This document shows, piece after piece, positions 27,948-38,206 of a DNA stretch of 64,000 bases. The notes below the pieces were generated by a model. It was not told the DNA's origin, ran no database searches, and was given only the letters and a program-made list of their open reading frames with translations. This DNA is from Actinomycetota bacterium (lineage in GTDB: Bacteria; Actinomycetota; Actinomycetes; S36-B12; FW305-bin1): positions 293,586-357,585 of the forward strand of contig SCTR01000007.1 in NCBI GenBank assembly GCA_004297305.1. Direction: 5' to 3'. Both the position numbers and the translations under genes were made by a program. Each line of letters opens with the position of its first letter. Positions within the stretch are counted from its first letter, which is position 1.

Positions 27948-28990
27948 TGTGGCGTGTCGACCCCGTCACCGTCGCGCAGCCGGTGCCCCAGCACCGTCTC
28001 GCGCCGTACGCCGGTGACCTGCGCGAGGGCAAGCGGCAGGTCGCCACCGACGCCGTGCACCACACTCAGGTGACTGGTCGGCGTCGCAGTCGCCGCGACC
28101 AGCAGCGGCCGGCTCAGCACACCGGCGCAGCGGGGCCCGAGCAGGAGGACCACCGCCGGCCACCGCCGGCCCACCGCCTCGTGCACCGTGACGACCTCGA
28201 CGTCCGCGAGCACGGCAGCCAGCGCGTCTCGCCCGCACGGACCGCGAACCACCGGAGTCAGTACGGCGATCTCGGCGGTGGTCAGCCCGAAGGCCCGCGG
28301 GATCGACGTGGCGACCAGCTGCCCGGTACGGCGTACCGCGTCGGCCTCGTCGTTCGCGGTGACCACGACCAGGGACCGGTCGGCCGGATCACGAGAGACC
28401 AGGCGGCCCTGCCGGATCGCGGCGGCTGCCGCAGCCAGCGCGGCGGGCCGGTCGTCGTCGTTGGCCGCCGTCGCGACCGGGCAGCGCCCGGCAGCGACGA
28501 GGTCCGCCAGGACCTGCCCGGGACCGCCGGCCGGCAGGGTGTCCAGATCGCCGGCGAGCAGCACCAGCGCGTCGGCCGGTACGCCGGCCAGGATCTGCAG
28601 CACCGACACCACGTCGTCCCGCTCGGCATCGTCCACGACGACCACCTGCGCGCCGGCCGCCCGTGCCTCGCCGGCGCGACGTTCCACGGCCGCCGTGCGG
28701 CCGCGACCGGCGGGCCCGACCACGCAACCGACCCGGCGCTCGTCGAGCATCCGGCCGAGCACGGCTGCCAGCTGCTCGTCGGTCTCGGCCAGCTCGGGAC
28801 GGGCATACCCGAGCGCGGCGCCCGAGCCGGCCGGCACCGCCGCGACCTGCCCCGCGGCGACCGCGGCCTGCCACCGCGTCGGCGGCGCGATCGCGTGCGC
28901 CAGCGAGACCGGCAGCAGGGTGTGACCGGCCGCCGCCGCCTGCCCGACGACCTCGACGACGTCCGGCGCCGTCACCTCAGCGGCGGGCAC
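27944..28990 (-). CDS. RecD-like helicase-core protein with degenerate Walker A
   Basis: 348 aa. GPAGRGRT sits where GxxGxGKT is expected (28694-28717). VVVVDDAE is Walker B-like, and LLAGDLDTLPAGGPGQVLADL matches RecD motif III. No N-terminal accessory domains. Confidence 0.6.
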   Translation of the reverse strand: MPAAEVTAPDVVEVVGQAAAAGHTLLPVSLAHAIAPPTRWQAAVAAGQVAAVPAGSGAALGYARPELAETDEQLAAVLGRMLDERRVGCVVGPAGRGRTAAVERRAGEARAAGAQVVVVDDAERDDVVSVLQILAGVPADALVLLAGDLDTLPAGGPGQVLADLVAAGRCPVATAANDDDRPAALAAAAAAIRQGRLVSRDPADRSLVVVTANDEADAVRRTGQLVATSIPRAFGLTTAEIAVLTPVVRGPCGRDALAAVLADVEVVTVHEAVGRRWPAVVLLLGPRCAGVLSRPLLVAATATPTSHLSVVHGVGGDLPLALAQVTGVRRETVLGHRLRDGDGVDTPQ

Positions 28991-29951
28991 CGGCGTCGGG
29001 ATAGCCCATCGCCGGCGCCGAGACCTCGTCCAACGCGACGACGATCTCCGCCGGCAGCGTCAGGTGCTCGCTGTCCAACGCCACCGCCAACTGCGCTGCG
29101 GACCGGGCGCCGACGACGGGGGCGACGACGGCCGGCCGATCCCGTACCCACGCCAGCGCGACCTGGACCGCAGCCACCCCCAGACCGTCAGCTGCCGTGC
29201 AGACCGCATCGACGACACGGCGTTGCGGTTCGGCGAGGTACGGCGCGACGAACGGACCGAGTCCGGCCGAGGCGGCGCGGGAGTCCGCCGGGGTGCCGTA
29301 CCGGTACTTGCCACTGAGCACGCCGCGCCCCAGCGGCGACCACGGCAGCAGGCCGATGCCGGTCGCCACGGCGGCCGGCACCACCTCACGCTCGGCGCCG
29401 CGGGCGAGCAGGGAGTACTCCGACTGCACGGTCACCAGCGGCGCAGCGCCGGCCCGTTGCTGCAGCGTCACGGCACGGGCGAGTTCCCAGCCGCTGTAGT
29501 TGGAGACTCCGGCGTAGCGCACCCGGCCGGACCGTACGGCGTCGTCAACCGCGGCCAGCGACTCCTCCAACGGCGTCAGCGGGTCCCAGACGTGGAGCTG
29601 CCACAGGTCGACGTGATCGACGCCGAGGCGGGCCAGCGAGCCGTCCAGCGCGGCCAGCAGGTGCGAACGGGAGGCGTCGGCCCGTCGCGTCCGTCCGGGC
29701 CGGGCACCGGCCTTGGTCGCCAGGACGAGCTGGTCGCGCAGCCCGTCCTCGGCCAGCAGCTGGCCGAGGATCGTCTCGCTGGCGCCCTCGGCGTACACGT
29801 CGGCGGTGTCCACCAGGGTCCCGCCGGCGTCGGCGAAGTCGCGCAGCTGCGCCCGCGCCTCGTGGACGTCGGTGTCGCGGCCCCAGGTCATCGTCCCCAG
29901 CGCCAGTCGCGACACCTGCAGGCCGCTGGGGCCGAGGCGCCGCTGCTCCAT
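28977..29951 (-). CDS. aldo/keto reductase
   Basis: 324 aa. LGPSGLQVSRLALGTMTWG, LVDTADVY and the remaining AKR pattern. Confidence 0.9.
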   Translation of the reverse strand: MEQRRLGPSGLQVSRLALGTMTWGRDTDVHEARAQLRDFADAGGTLVDTADVYAEGASETILGQLLAEDGLRDQLVLATKAGARPGRTRRADASRSHLLAALDGSLARLGVDHVDLWQLHVWDPLTPLEESLAAVDDAVRSGRVRYAGVSNYSGWELARAVTLQQRAGAAPLVTVQSEYSLLARGAEREVVPAAVATGIGLLPWSPLGRGVLSGKYRYGTPADSRAASAGLGPFVAPYLAEPQRRVVDAVCTAADGLGVAAVQVALAWVRDRPAVVAPVVGARSAAQLAVALDSEHLTLPAEIVVALDEVSAPAMGYPDAGARR

Positions 29952-29980
29952 GGCCGGTCAACCTATCTGCCGGGCGTCGC

Positions 29981-30042
29981 CCTGCCGTCCCGCTCGTGCC
30001 GCCCGCCCCTGCCGTCCAGCTCGTGCGCCCAGTCGTGCGCCC
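29981..30042. repeat. 27-bp imperfect tandem repeat upstream of uppP
   Basis: cctgccgtcc-cgctcgtgc at 29981 recurs as cctgccgtcc-agctcgtgc at 30008, followed by a partial third copy (gtcgtgcgccc). Confidence 0.6.
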
Positions 30043-30159
30043 GATTCCGTGCCGGCCAGCTGGAGCGCAGGTCGGCCTGTGAACCGGCTGAGCGACATGA
30101 CCGGGCCGGCGACGTGCGGCCGGTAGCCTCCCGACCGTGATCGACCGAACCGCAACTCG

Positions 30160-30978
30160 ATGAGCTGGATCGAAGCTGTCGTCCTCGGCATCGTTCAGGG
30201 ACTCACCGAGTTCCTCCCGATCTCCAGCAACGCTCACGTCCTGGTGACCTCCACCCTGTTCGGCTGGGGCGACCCCGGAGCGGCGTTCACCGCGGTGACC
30301 CAGCTGGGCACCGAAGCGGCTGTCCTGTTGTACTTCCGGCACGAGATCGCCCGGATCCTGCGGACGTGGTCACGTTCGCTGGTACGACCGGAACTACGCG
30401 GCGAACTCGACGCCCGTATGGGGTGGTACGTCGTGATCGGGACCGTGCCGATCGCCGTGCTCGGCTTCGTGTTCAAGGACCAGGTCGAGACCGCCGCCCG
30501 CAACCTGTGGCTGGTCGCGACGATGCTGATCGTCTTCGGCATCGTGCTCGGCGTCGCCGATGCGCTGGGGCGCAAGAAGTTCGACGAACGCGACCTGAAC
30601 GCCCGCGACGGGGTGATCTACGGCTTCGGACAGGCACTGGCACTGGTCCCCGGGGTGTCACGATCCGGCGCGACCATCAGCGCCGGGCTGGCGCTCGGCT
30701 ACACCCGCGCGGCCGCCACCCGGTACGCCTTCCTGCTGGCGATCCCTGCGGTCCTGGCGTCCGGACTGTTCGAGGCCCGCAAGATCGGCGACGACGCCAC
30801 CGTGTCGTGGGGACCCACCCTGCTGGCCACAGCCATCGCGTTCGTGGTCGGGTACGCCGTCATCGCGTGGCTGTTGCGCTACCTGGCCACCGGGTCGTAC
30901 CGGCCCTTCGTGCTCTATCGCATCGCTGCCGGCCTGGTGCTGCTGGTCCTGCTGTCAACCGGCGTTCTGACGACCTGA
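30160..30978 (+). CDS. uppP: undecaprenyl-diphosphate phosphatase
   Basis: 272 aa. [17 protein letters not shown] and [10 protein letters not shown] signature motifs of UppP/BacA. Confidence 0.92.
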   Translation: MSWIEAVVLGIVQGLTEFLPISSNAHVLVTSTLFGWGDPGAAFTAVTQLGTEAAVLLYFRHEIARILRTWSRSLVRPELRGELDARMGWYVVIGTVPIAVLGFVFKDQVETAARNLWLVATMLIVFGIVLGVADALGRKKFDERDLNARDGVIYGFGQALALVPGVSRSGATISAGLALGYTRAAATRYAFLLAIPAVLASGLFEARKIGDDATVSWGPTLLATAIAFVVGYAVIAWLLRYLATGSYRPFVLYRIAAGLVLLVLLSTGVLTT

Positions 30979-31024
30979 ACGCCTGGCACCGCTGCATTGG
31001 TCGGGATCAGCCCGGGTCAGGCCC

Positions 31025-32050
31025 TCACAACCAGCCCGACCGCTTGAAGAGCCGGTACACCAGCAACACCAGGCCACCCATCAGTCCCAGCGCCAGCGGA
31101 TAGCCGAACGACCACGTCAGTTCCGGCATGTCGTCGAAGTTCATGCCGTAGATACCGGCAATCATCGTCGGCACCGCCAGCATCGCGGCATACGACGCGA
31201 TCTTGCGCATGTCGGCGTTCTGCTTGAGGTCCTGCAACGACGTGCTCGCCATCAGCAGGGTCATCAGCAGGCTGTCGTTCTGCTCCACGGTGTCCGATAC
31301 CCGCAGCACGTGGTCACCGACGTCGCGGAAGAACGGCCGCAGGTCGTCGGGTACCTGCGCATGGGTCTCACGCACCAGTTCCGTCGCGGTCGCCACCAAC
31401 GGCGCCACCGCCCGCCGCATCTCGAGATTCTCCCGCTTCAACCGGTAGATCAGTTGCGGGTCGTCGTCGGTACGGGTCGGGCTGAAGACCGCCTCCTCGA
31501 CGTTCTCGATGTCGCGGCTGATCTCGTCCGAGACACTGAGATACCCGTCCACCACGGTGTCCAGCACGCTGTAGAGCACGCTGACCGGCCCGTGCCGCAA
31601 CAGGTCCGGATCGCACTCCAGCCGGGCTCGCACACCTTTGAGATCGCCATGGCTGCCGTGGCGCACGGTCACCGCGTACGACGGGCCGACGAACACCGAG
31701 ATCTGCGCGGTCTCGACGTCGCTGGTCGCCTCGACGTACGACAGCACCTTCAACACCACGAACGCGAAGTCCTTGGTCACCTCGAACTTCGCGCGCTGCC
31801 GAGGATTCGAGGCGTCCTCCACCTGCAGCGGCGCCAACCCGAACACGTCCTGCACGATCTGCAGCTCGGCGCGAGTGGGCTGGAAGAGCCCGAGCCAGAC
31901 GAAGGCGCCGTCGTCGGTCACGGCCCGCTGATGCAGTTCGCGCAGCCGGCCGGCGATGGTGACGTCCCCGGGGACCTCGCCGACCAACCCGGCCACGCCC
32001 GAGACGGGGTCGACCGTCCCGGCCCGGTAGTACCCCATGCCCCTGATCAC
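31025..32050 (-). CDS. corA: magnesium/cobalt transporter CorA
   Basis: 341 aa. C-terminal two TM helices with the YGMNF motif (GIYGMNFDDMPEL). Confidence 0.9.
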   Translation of the reverse strand: MIRGMGYYRAGTVDPVSGVAGLVGEVPGDVTIAGRLRELHQRAVTDDGAFVWLGLFQPTRAELQIVQDVFGLAPLQVEDASNPRQRAKFEVTKDFAFVVLKVLSYVEATSDVETAQISVFVGPSYAVTVRHGSHGDLKGVRARLECDPDLLRHGPVSVLYSVLDTVVDGYLSVSDEISRDIENVEEAVFSPTRTDDDPQLIYRLKRENLEMRRAVAPLVATATELVRETHAQVPDDLRPFFRDVGDHVLRVSDTVEQNDSLLMTLLMASTSLQDLKQNADMRKIASYAAMLAVPTMIAGIYGMNFDDMPELTWSFGYPLALGLMGGLVLLVYRLFKRSGWL

Positions 32051-32088
32051 CGGGCCATTGTGCGCTGCCCGGCCCTAGGGTTGCCGCC

Positions 32089-32778
32089 GTGGCGACGGTC
32101 CTGCTGGTACGGCACGGCCGTACCGCTGCCAACGCCGGCGGCGTACTCGCCGGGCGGCAGCCGGGCATCGACCTCGACGAGCGGGGCCGGGAGCAGGTCG
32201 CCGCGCTCGTGGCCCGCCTCGCCCCGATTCCGCTGCAGGCCGTCGTGAGCAGCCCGTTGGAACGGTGTGTGCAGACCGCGCAACCGCTGCTGGCCGGGCG
32301 CGACCCGGTGCCGCCGCTGCACTACGACCAGGGCCTGTCCGAGTGCGCGTACGGCGACTGGACCGGACAGCGGCTCGCCGTCCTGGCCAAGGATCCGCTC
32401 TGGAAGGTCGTGCAGGCCCATCCCAGCGCAGTGCGCTTCCCGGGCGAGACCGGCGAGTCGATGCTCGGGATGGCGCAGCGGGCCGTCGATGCGGTCCGCC
32501 GCTGGAATGCCGCGCTCGGCGCGGACGCCTGCTGGGTCGCGGTGTCCCACGGCGACGTGATCAAGGCGATCGTCGCCGACGCACTCGGGATGCATCTGGA
32601 TGCGTTCCAGCGGATCACCGTCGACAACGGGTCGGTGACGGCGATCCAGTACACCGACCTACGACCGTTCGTCCTGCACCTGAACGACACCGGCAGTGAC
32701 CTCGCCGGCCTGCTGCGGCCACCGACCCGGAGTCGGCGCCGGCGCCGCGCCAGCGATGCCGCGGTCGGCGGCGGCTGA
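32089..32778 (+). CDS. histidine phosphatase superfamily protein (MSMEG_4193-type probable phosphomutase)
   Basis: 229 aa. LLVRHGRTAAN (RHG) and VSHGDVIKA. First gene of the trio with DUF3090 and the SCO1664-family gene. Confidence 0.8.
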   Translation: MATVLLVRHGRTAANAGGVLAGRQPGIDLDERGREQVAALVARLAPIPLQAVVSSPLERCVQTAQPLLAGRDPVPPLHYDQGLSECAYGDWTGQRLAVLAKDPLWKVVQAHPSAVRFPGETGESMLGMAQRAVDAVRRWNAALGADACWVAVSHGDVIKAIVADALGMHLDAFQRITVDNGSVTAIQYTDLRPFVLHLNDTGSDLAGLLRPPTRSRRRRRASDAAVGGG

Positions 32779-32805
32779 CCGCGGCCGAGACTAGGCTCGT
32801 CGCTC

Positions 32806-33369
32806 GTGGCCCGTCGTGTTCTTGCTTTCGACCCGCCGGAACGATTCGTCGCCGGCACGGTCGGGCAGCCCGGCGAGCGGACCTTCTTCCTGCAGGCGCG
32901 GCGGGGGAGAGCGGTCACCAGCGTGACCTTGGAGAAGGCGCAGGCAGCCGCCCTCGCCGAACGCATCGACGAACTCCTGGACGAGGTGCTGCGACGCAGC
33001 GCCGGCGAGGCGGACATCCCCGTGGCCGGCACCGCCGAGGCGCTCGACACCGACCCACTGGAATCGCCGATCGTGGCGGAGTTCCGTATCGGTGCGATGG
33101 CCCTGGGCTGGGATCCGGCCGACGAACGCCTCGTGATCGAGGCCCACGCCACGGTCGACGACGAGGACGTCGAGGTCCCCGAACTCGGCTCGGACGATCC
33201 GGATGGACCGGACTGCCTGCGGGTCAGGATCACTGGCGCCCAGGCACGCGCCTTCGCCCGCCGGACCGCGGCGCTGGTGGCCGCCGGCCGGCCGCCCTGC
33301 CCGTTCTGCCATCAGCCGTTGGACCCCGCCGGCCACATCTGCCCGCGCGCCAACGGTTACCGCCGCTGA
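32806..33369 (+). CDS. DUF3090 domain protein
   Basis: 187 aa. FDPPERFVAGTVGQPGERTFFLQAR N-terminus and C-terminal Cys/His cluster CPFCHQPLDPAGHICPRANGY. Confidence 0.7.
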   Translation: MARRVLAFDPPERFVAGTVGQPGERTFFLQARRGRAVTSVTLEKAQAAALAERIDELLDEVLRRSAGEADIPVAGTAEALDTDPLESPIVAEFRIGAMALGWDPADERLVIEAHATVDDEDVEVPELGSDDPDGPDCLRVRITGAQARAFARRTAALVAAGRPPCPFCHQPLDPAGHICPRANGYRR

Positions 33370-33421
33370 CCGGGCCATGCGGACCTGGGCCTACCGCACC
33401 GACGATGGCTGAACCCCGGCG

Positions 33422-34219
33422 ATGACTGAACCCCCGGCGGCGGCCGACGTCCTGGCGGTACTGCGTCACGGGACCCTCGAACTCGACGGCCGGCTGCGCT
33501 CGGCCTCCAACACCACCCTGGTCGGCGAAGCCCGGCTGGACGGCCTGACGGTGCGCTGTGTCTACAAGCCGCAGCACGGGGAGCGGCCGTTGTGGGACTT
33601 CCCGACCGGGAGCCTCAGCCGGCGCGAGGTCGCCGCGTACGAACTCGACCGGCTGCTCGGCTGGGGCCTGGTCCCCGAAACCGCCTGGCGCACTGCCGGT
33701 CCCGCTGGTCCGGGCAGCTGCCAGCGCTGGGTGGTCGCCGACGATGCGGCCGGTCCGGTCGACCTCGTCCCCACCGGGTCGGCGCCAGCCGGCTGGCGGG
33801 TGGTGCTCGACGCCGAAGGCCCGCGGGGCGAGCCGGTGAGCCTCGTGCATGCCGACACGCCGGCGTTGCGGCGGCTGGCCCTGTTCGACGCCGCAGCCAA
33901 CAACACCGATCGCAAGGGCGGCCATGTCCTGGTCGACGGCTCGGGCCACACGTTCGGCATCGATCACGGGATCTGCTTCCATCCCGACCCGAAGCTGCGC
34001 ACCGTGCTGTGGGGATTCGCCGGCGAGGCCGTCGATGCTGCCGACGCCGACGCCCTGCGGCGGGCGGCGACCCTGCTGGAGGCCGACGGCGCGTTGGCCG
34101 GACTGCTCAGCCCGCGGGAGGTACGCCGTACCTCCGGCCGGATCACAGCGTTGCTGCGGGACGGGCGCTACCCGGCCGCGACGGACACGTGGCCGCACCT
34201 CCCGTGGCCGGTGTTCTGA
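33422..34219 (+). CDS. SCO1664 family protein (PI3/4-kinase-like catalytic fold)
   Basis: 265 aa. CVYKP ... ERPLWDF ... [14 protein letters not shown], catalytic-loop-like [11 protein letters not shown] and GIDHGICF. Confidence 0.7.
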   Translation: MTEPPAAADVLAVLRHGTLELDGRLRSASNTTLVGEARLDGLTVRCVYKPQHGERPLWDFPTGSLSRREVAAYELDRLLGWGLVPETAWRTAGPAGPGSCQRWVVADDAAGPVDLVPTGSAPAGWRVVLDAEGPRGEPVSLVHADTPALRRLALFDAAANNTDRKGGHVLVDGSGHTFGIDHGICFHPDPKLRTVLWGFAGEAVDAADADALRRAATLLEADGALAGLLSPREVRRTSGRITALLRDGRYPAATDTWPHLPWPVF

Positions 34220-34242
34220 CCCCGGCGGCTAGGGTCGACCGC

Positions 34243-35478
34243 ATGCAGCCATGGCCGGGGTCCGCAGTGCCCCCGCTGCCGGGCAGCCCGCCGGCACTGC
34301 GGCTCTGGGACACCGCGAGCCGGTCGCTGCGCATCGCGGCCGCCGGCCCGGTCGCCACGATGTACGTCTGCGGCATCACGCCGTACGACGCCACCCACCT
34401 GGGCCACGCCGCCACCTATGTCGCGTTCGACCTGGTTCATCGGGCCTGGCTGGACTCGGGCCTGCAGGTCCACTACGTGCAGAACGTGACCGACGTGGAC
34501 GACCCGCTGCTGGAACGCGCCGTCGCTACCGGCCAGGACTGGCGAGAACTGGCCAGCGAACAGACCGCGCTGTTCAGCCGCGACATGGTCGCCCTGCGCG
34601 TCCTCCCGCCGCGTTCCTATGTCGGTGCGGTGGAGACGATCCCGCGGGTCGCCGAGCTGGTCGCCGCGCTCCGCGACGCCGGCGCGGCGTACGACGTGGA
34701 CGGCGACCTGTATTTCGCGGTCCGCAGCGCCCCCGGGTTCGGGACGGTGGCCGGGCTGGACGAGCAGCAGATGCGCGACCTGTTCGCCGAACGCGGCGGT
34801 GACCCGGACCGGCCGGGCAAACGTGATCCGTTGGACTGCCTGTTGTGGCAGGCGGCCCGGCCGGGCGAACCGAGTTGGGATTCCCCGCTGGGTCCAGGCC
34901 GACCCGGCTGGCATCTGGAATGCGTCGCGATCGCGCTGGACACCATCGGGATGCCGTTCGACGTCCAGGGCGGCGGTCGCGACCTCGCCTTCCCGCACCA
35001 CGAGATGGGCGCGGCGGAGGCGTGCACCTTGCGGGGCGGGACGCCGTACGCGCGGACCTATGTCCACGCGGGCATGGTGGGCCTGGACGGCGAGAAGATG
35101 AGCAAGTCGCGCGGCAATCTGGTGTTCGTCTCCCGGCTGCTGGCGGCCGGCCACGACCCGGCGGCGGTGCGGCTAGCTTTGCTGGCCCACCACTACCGGG
35201 ACGACTGGGAGTGGTCGGACGCGGAACTCGCGCGTGCCCAAGCCCGGCTCGTGCGCTGGCGGAAGGCTTTCGAGGCGCAGAGCGGGCCGTCGGGGGAGCA
35301 GCTGCTGTCCGCCGTACGGGAACGGCTCAGCGACGACCTGGACGCGCCGGGCGCACTGGCCGCGGTCGACGCATGGGTGGGCGCGACCGAACTGGGCGCC
35401 GACGTGGTCGATCCGCAGGCGCCCGCACTCGCCGCCGCGACCGTCGACGCACTGCTCGGCGTCGAGGTCGCCGGCTGA
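34243..35478 (+). CDS. mshC: cysteine--1-D-myo-inosityl 2-amino-2-deoxy-alpha-D-glucopyranoside ligase (mycothiol ligase)
   Basis: Starts at MQPWPG. Class I synthetase motifs [17 protein letters not shown] (HIGH-type) and KMSKSRGN. CysRS-like but without the anticodon-binding tail, as in MshC. Confidence 0.9.
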   Translation: MQPWPGSAVPPLPGSPPALRLWDTASRSLRIAAAGPVATMYVCGITPYDATHLGHAATYVAFDLVHRAWLDSGLQVHYVQNVTDVDDPLLERAVATGQDWRELASEQTALFSRDMVALRVLPPRSYVGAVETIPRVAELVAALRDAGAAYDVDGDLYFAVRSAPGFGTVAGLDEQQMRDLFAERGGDPDRPGKRDPLDCLLWQAARPGEPSWDSPLGPGRPGWHLECVAIALDTIGMPFDVQGGGRDLAFPHHEMGAAEACTLRGGTPYARTYVHAGMVGLDGEKMSKSRGNLVFVSRLLAAGHDPAAVRLALLAHHYRDDWEWSDAELARAQARLVRWRKAFEAQSGPSGEQLLSAVRERLSDDLDAPGALAAVDAWVGATELGADVVDPQAPALAAATVDALLGVEVAG

Positions 35479-35485
35479 AGCCGGT

Positions 35486-36502
35486 TCAGTCTTTCTTCTC
35501 GGCGTGCCCGCCGAACTGTTTGCGCATGGCAGACAACAGCTTGTCGGTGTAGAGATCGGCCGACCGCGAACTGAACCGTTCGTAGAGCGCGGCCGTCAGC
35601 ACCGGCGCCGGCACCCCTTCGTCGATAGCGGCGATCGCGGTCCACCGGCCCTCGCCGGAGTCCGACACCCGCCCACCGAACTCCTCGAGGTCCGGCGAGT
35701 CCTGCAGCGCCGCAGCGGTGAGGTCCAGCAGCCACGAGGCGATCACCGAACCGCGCCGCCACACCTCGGCGACCTTGGGGATGTCCAGCTGGTACGCGTA
35801 GAACTCCGGATGCTCCAGCGGAGCGGTCTCCGCGTCCTGATCACGCTGCCGCAGTCCCTCGTCGGCGTTCTTCAGGATGTTGAGCCCCTCGGCGTACGCC
35901 GCCATGATCCCGTACTCGATCCCGTTGTGAACCATCTTGACGAAATGCCCGGCACCGTTGGGCCCGCAATGCAACCAGCCCTGCTCCTCCGGTGCGGGCT
36001 GGCCGGTGCGGCCGGCTGTCCGCTCGACATCGCCGACTCCTGGCGCGATCGTCGACCAGATCGGCGCCAGCCGATCGACCGCCTCGGTATCGCCGCCGAT
36101 CATCAGGCAGAACCCCCGCTCGAGGCCCCATACCCCACCGGACGTGCCGCAGTCGACGTAGTGCACTCCCTTGTCCCGCAGCGCAGCCGCGCGGCGGATG
36201 TCGTCGCGGTAGTACGAGTTTCCCCCGTCGATCAGGGTGTCACCGGAGTCCAGCAGCGAGCCGAGCGTGGTCACCGTCTGCTCGGTGATGTCACCGGCCG
36301 GCACCATGACCCAGACCGCCCGCGGCGCCTCGAGCTTCGCCACGAAGTCCTCGTACGACGTGGCAGCCACGGCGCCTTCGGCCGCCAACGCCGCGACCGC
36401 GGCGGGGTTGACGTCGTACACGACAGCCCGGTGCCCGTCGCGCAACAGGCGCCGGACCAGTCCGGCTCCCATCCGGCCCAGTCCGACCATGCCGAGCTGC
36501 AT
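35486..36502 (-). CDS. gnd: 6-phosphogluconate dehydrogenase, decarboxylating (short Gnd-like form)
   Basis: Starts at [19 protein letters not shown] (Rossmann). About 339 aa, the short-form gnd paired with zwf. Confidence 0.88.
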   Translation of the reverse strand: MQLGMVGLGRMGAGLVRRLLRDGHRAVVYDVNPAAVAALAAEGAVAATSYEDFVAKLEAPRAVWVMVPAGDITEQTVTTLGSLLDSGDTLIDGGNSYYRDDIRRAAALRDKGVHYVDCGTSGGVWGLERGFCLMIGGDTEAVDRLAPIWSTIAPGVGDVERTAGRTGQPAPEEQGWLHCGPNGAGHFVKMVHNGIEYGIMAAYAEGLNILKNADEGLRQRDQDAETAPLEHPEFYAYQLDIPKVAEVWRRGSVIASWLLDLTAAALQDSPDLEEFGGRVSDSGEGRWTAIAAIDEGVPAPVLTAALYERFSSRSADLYTDKLLSAMRKQFGGHAEKKD

Positions 36503-36707
36503 CGGTGCTGCAGTGACCACGAGTTCGTCCCTTCGTCAGGCTCACCCGGAAGGCCGTGCCGGGCGGCCGATGTCATCCTGCGGGCCCCTCATCGTGCGAG
36601 CCGCCGTCGTCGTGCGGGCCATCGTCCGTGCAGACCATGGTCATCGTGCAGGCCATCGTCATCGTGTCGGTGGCATCGCCGGGCACGCTAGTGGAAGGGT
36701 GGGCGCC

Positions 36708-38126
36708 ATGGTGATCGCGACGGCTGATCGACTCGTGGTGTTCGGAATCACCGGCGACCTCGCCCGCAAGATGACCCTGCCGTCGCTGTACCGCCTGGAA
36801 GACCGCGGCCTCCTGCCATGCGACGTGATCGGAGTCGCCTTCGACGACGGGGACGACGACTCGCTGCGGGCACGGGCCCGGCAGGCCATCGTGGACAGCG
36901 AGGCCGACGACCACGGGGCCATCGATGAGGACGTCTTCGCCCGGCTGGCGGCCAAGCTGTCCTACCTGCACGGCGATTTCACCGATCCGGAGCTGTACGA
37001 CCGCCTCAAGGTGCAGCTGGGCGGCGCCGAACGTCCCGCGTTCTACCTGGAGATCCCGCCGGCGCTGTTCGGACCCGTCGTGGAACGCCTCGGCGCCGCC
37101 GGCCTGACGACGAATGCCCGGGTCGCCGTGGAGAAGCCGTTCGGTACGGACCTCGCCTCCGCGCGCGCCCTCAACCAGCGGCTGCATGCGGTCATTGCCG
37201 AGGAGCAGTTGTTCCGGGTCGACCACTTCCTGGGCAAGGAACCGGTGCAGGACATCCTCTACCTGCGCTTCGCCAACGCGATGCTCGAGCCGATCTGGCA
37301 CCGGGGGCAGGTCGACAGCATCCAGATCACCATGGCCGAAGCGTTCGGGGTCGAGGACCGAGGCTCGTTCTACGACCGGGTCGGGACACTGCGCGATGTC
37401 GTCCAGAACCATCTGCTGCAGGTGCTCGCGCTCACCTTGATGGACGCGCCCGGACCCGGCGCGGATGCGGTTCCCGACGAGCAGGTCGACCTGTTCCACG
37501 CGATCCGCCCGATCGACCCGGCGAAGGCCATCCGCGGCCAGTACACCGGCTACCGGTCGATCGCCGGTGTCGATCCAGCATCGGACACCGAGACGTTCGT
37601 CGCGCTACGGCTGGAACTGGACTCGTGGCGGTGGTCCGGCGTACCGGTGATCATCCGCGCGGGCAAGCAGCTGCCGGTCACCGCCACCGAGATCGTGGTG
37701 CGGTTCCGGAAAGTTCCGAAGCTCCGGATCGGCGGCCAGGTCTGGGCCCCGCCGGGTCACGACGACGTGGTGCTGCGCATCGGGCAGGGCCCCGGTATCG
37801 GGTCCGGCGTCACGTTCGGCCTGCGGGTGAAGGAACCGGGCCGCGACGTCTCAGAACCGGTCGACTTGTCGGTCGACTTCTCGACGGCCCTGGGTGACCC
37901 CCCGTGGCCGTACGAGCGGCTGCTGCGTGATCTGCTCGTCGGCGACCGCACGTTGTTCCCGGCGTGGCCGAGTGTGGAGGCGACGTGGTCGATCGTCGCG
38001 CCTCTGCTGGAGAACCCGCCGCCGGTGCAGCCGTACGCGCCGGGGACCTGGGGTCCGGAGGCAGCCGAGGCATTCGCCCGCGGGCACGGCGGCTGGCGGA
38101 CACCGAAACCGCCACCCCCGTCATGA
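36708..38126 (+). CDS. zwf: glucose-6-phosphate dehydrogenase
   Basis: Starts at MVIATADRLVVFGITGDLARKMTLPSLY (NADP motif). Active-site RVDHFLGKE. Confidence 0.9.
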   Translation: MVIATADRLVVFGITGDLARKMTLPSLYRLEDRGLLPCDVIGVAFDDGDDDSLRARARQAIVDSEADDHGAIDEDVFARLAAKLSYLHGDFTDPELYDRLKVQLGGAERPAFYLEIPPALFGPVVERLGAAGLTTNARVAVEKPFGTDLASARALNQRLHAVIAEEQLFRVDHFLGKEPVQDILYLRFANAMLEPIWHRGQVDSIQITMAEAFGVEDRGSFYDRVGTLRDVVQNHLLQVLALTLMDAPGPGADAVPDEQVDLFHAIRPIDPAKAIRGQYTGYRSIAGVDPASDTETFVALRLELDSWRWSGVPVIIRAGKQLPVTATEIVVRFRKVPKLRIGGQVWAPPGHDDVVLRIGQGPGIGSGVTFGLRVKEPGRDVSEPVDLSVDFSTALGDPPWPYERLLRDLLVGDRTLFPAWPSVEATWSIVAPLLENPPPVQPYAPGTWGPEAAEAFARGHGGWRTPKPPPPS

Positions 38127-38206
38127 GTTGAGGACGTCCGTCCCGTGCTCTGCGGCGATCCTGCCGTCCAGCCGCGATGCGGTACCGCCCACGTCGAGGA
38201 GAACCG

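Noticed and set aside
36708-38126. zwf without an adjacent opcA or pgl as unusual
   Set aside because: A zwf gene paired with a short-form gnd matches the second zwf/gnd pair known from mycobacteria, from memory. The opcA-linked copy is probably elsewhere in the genome.
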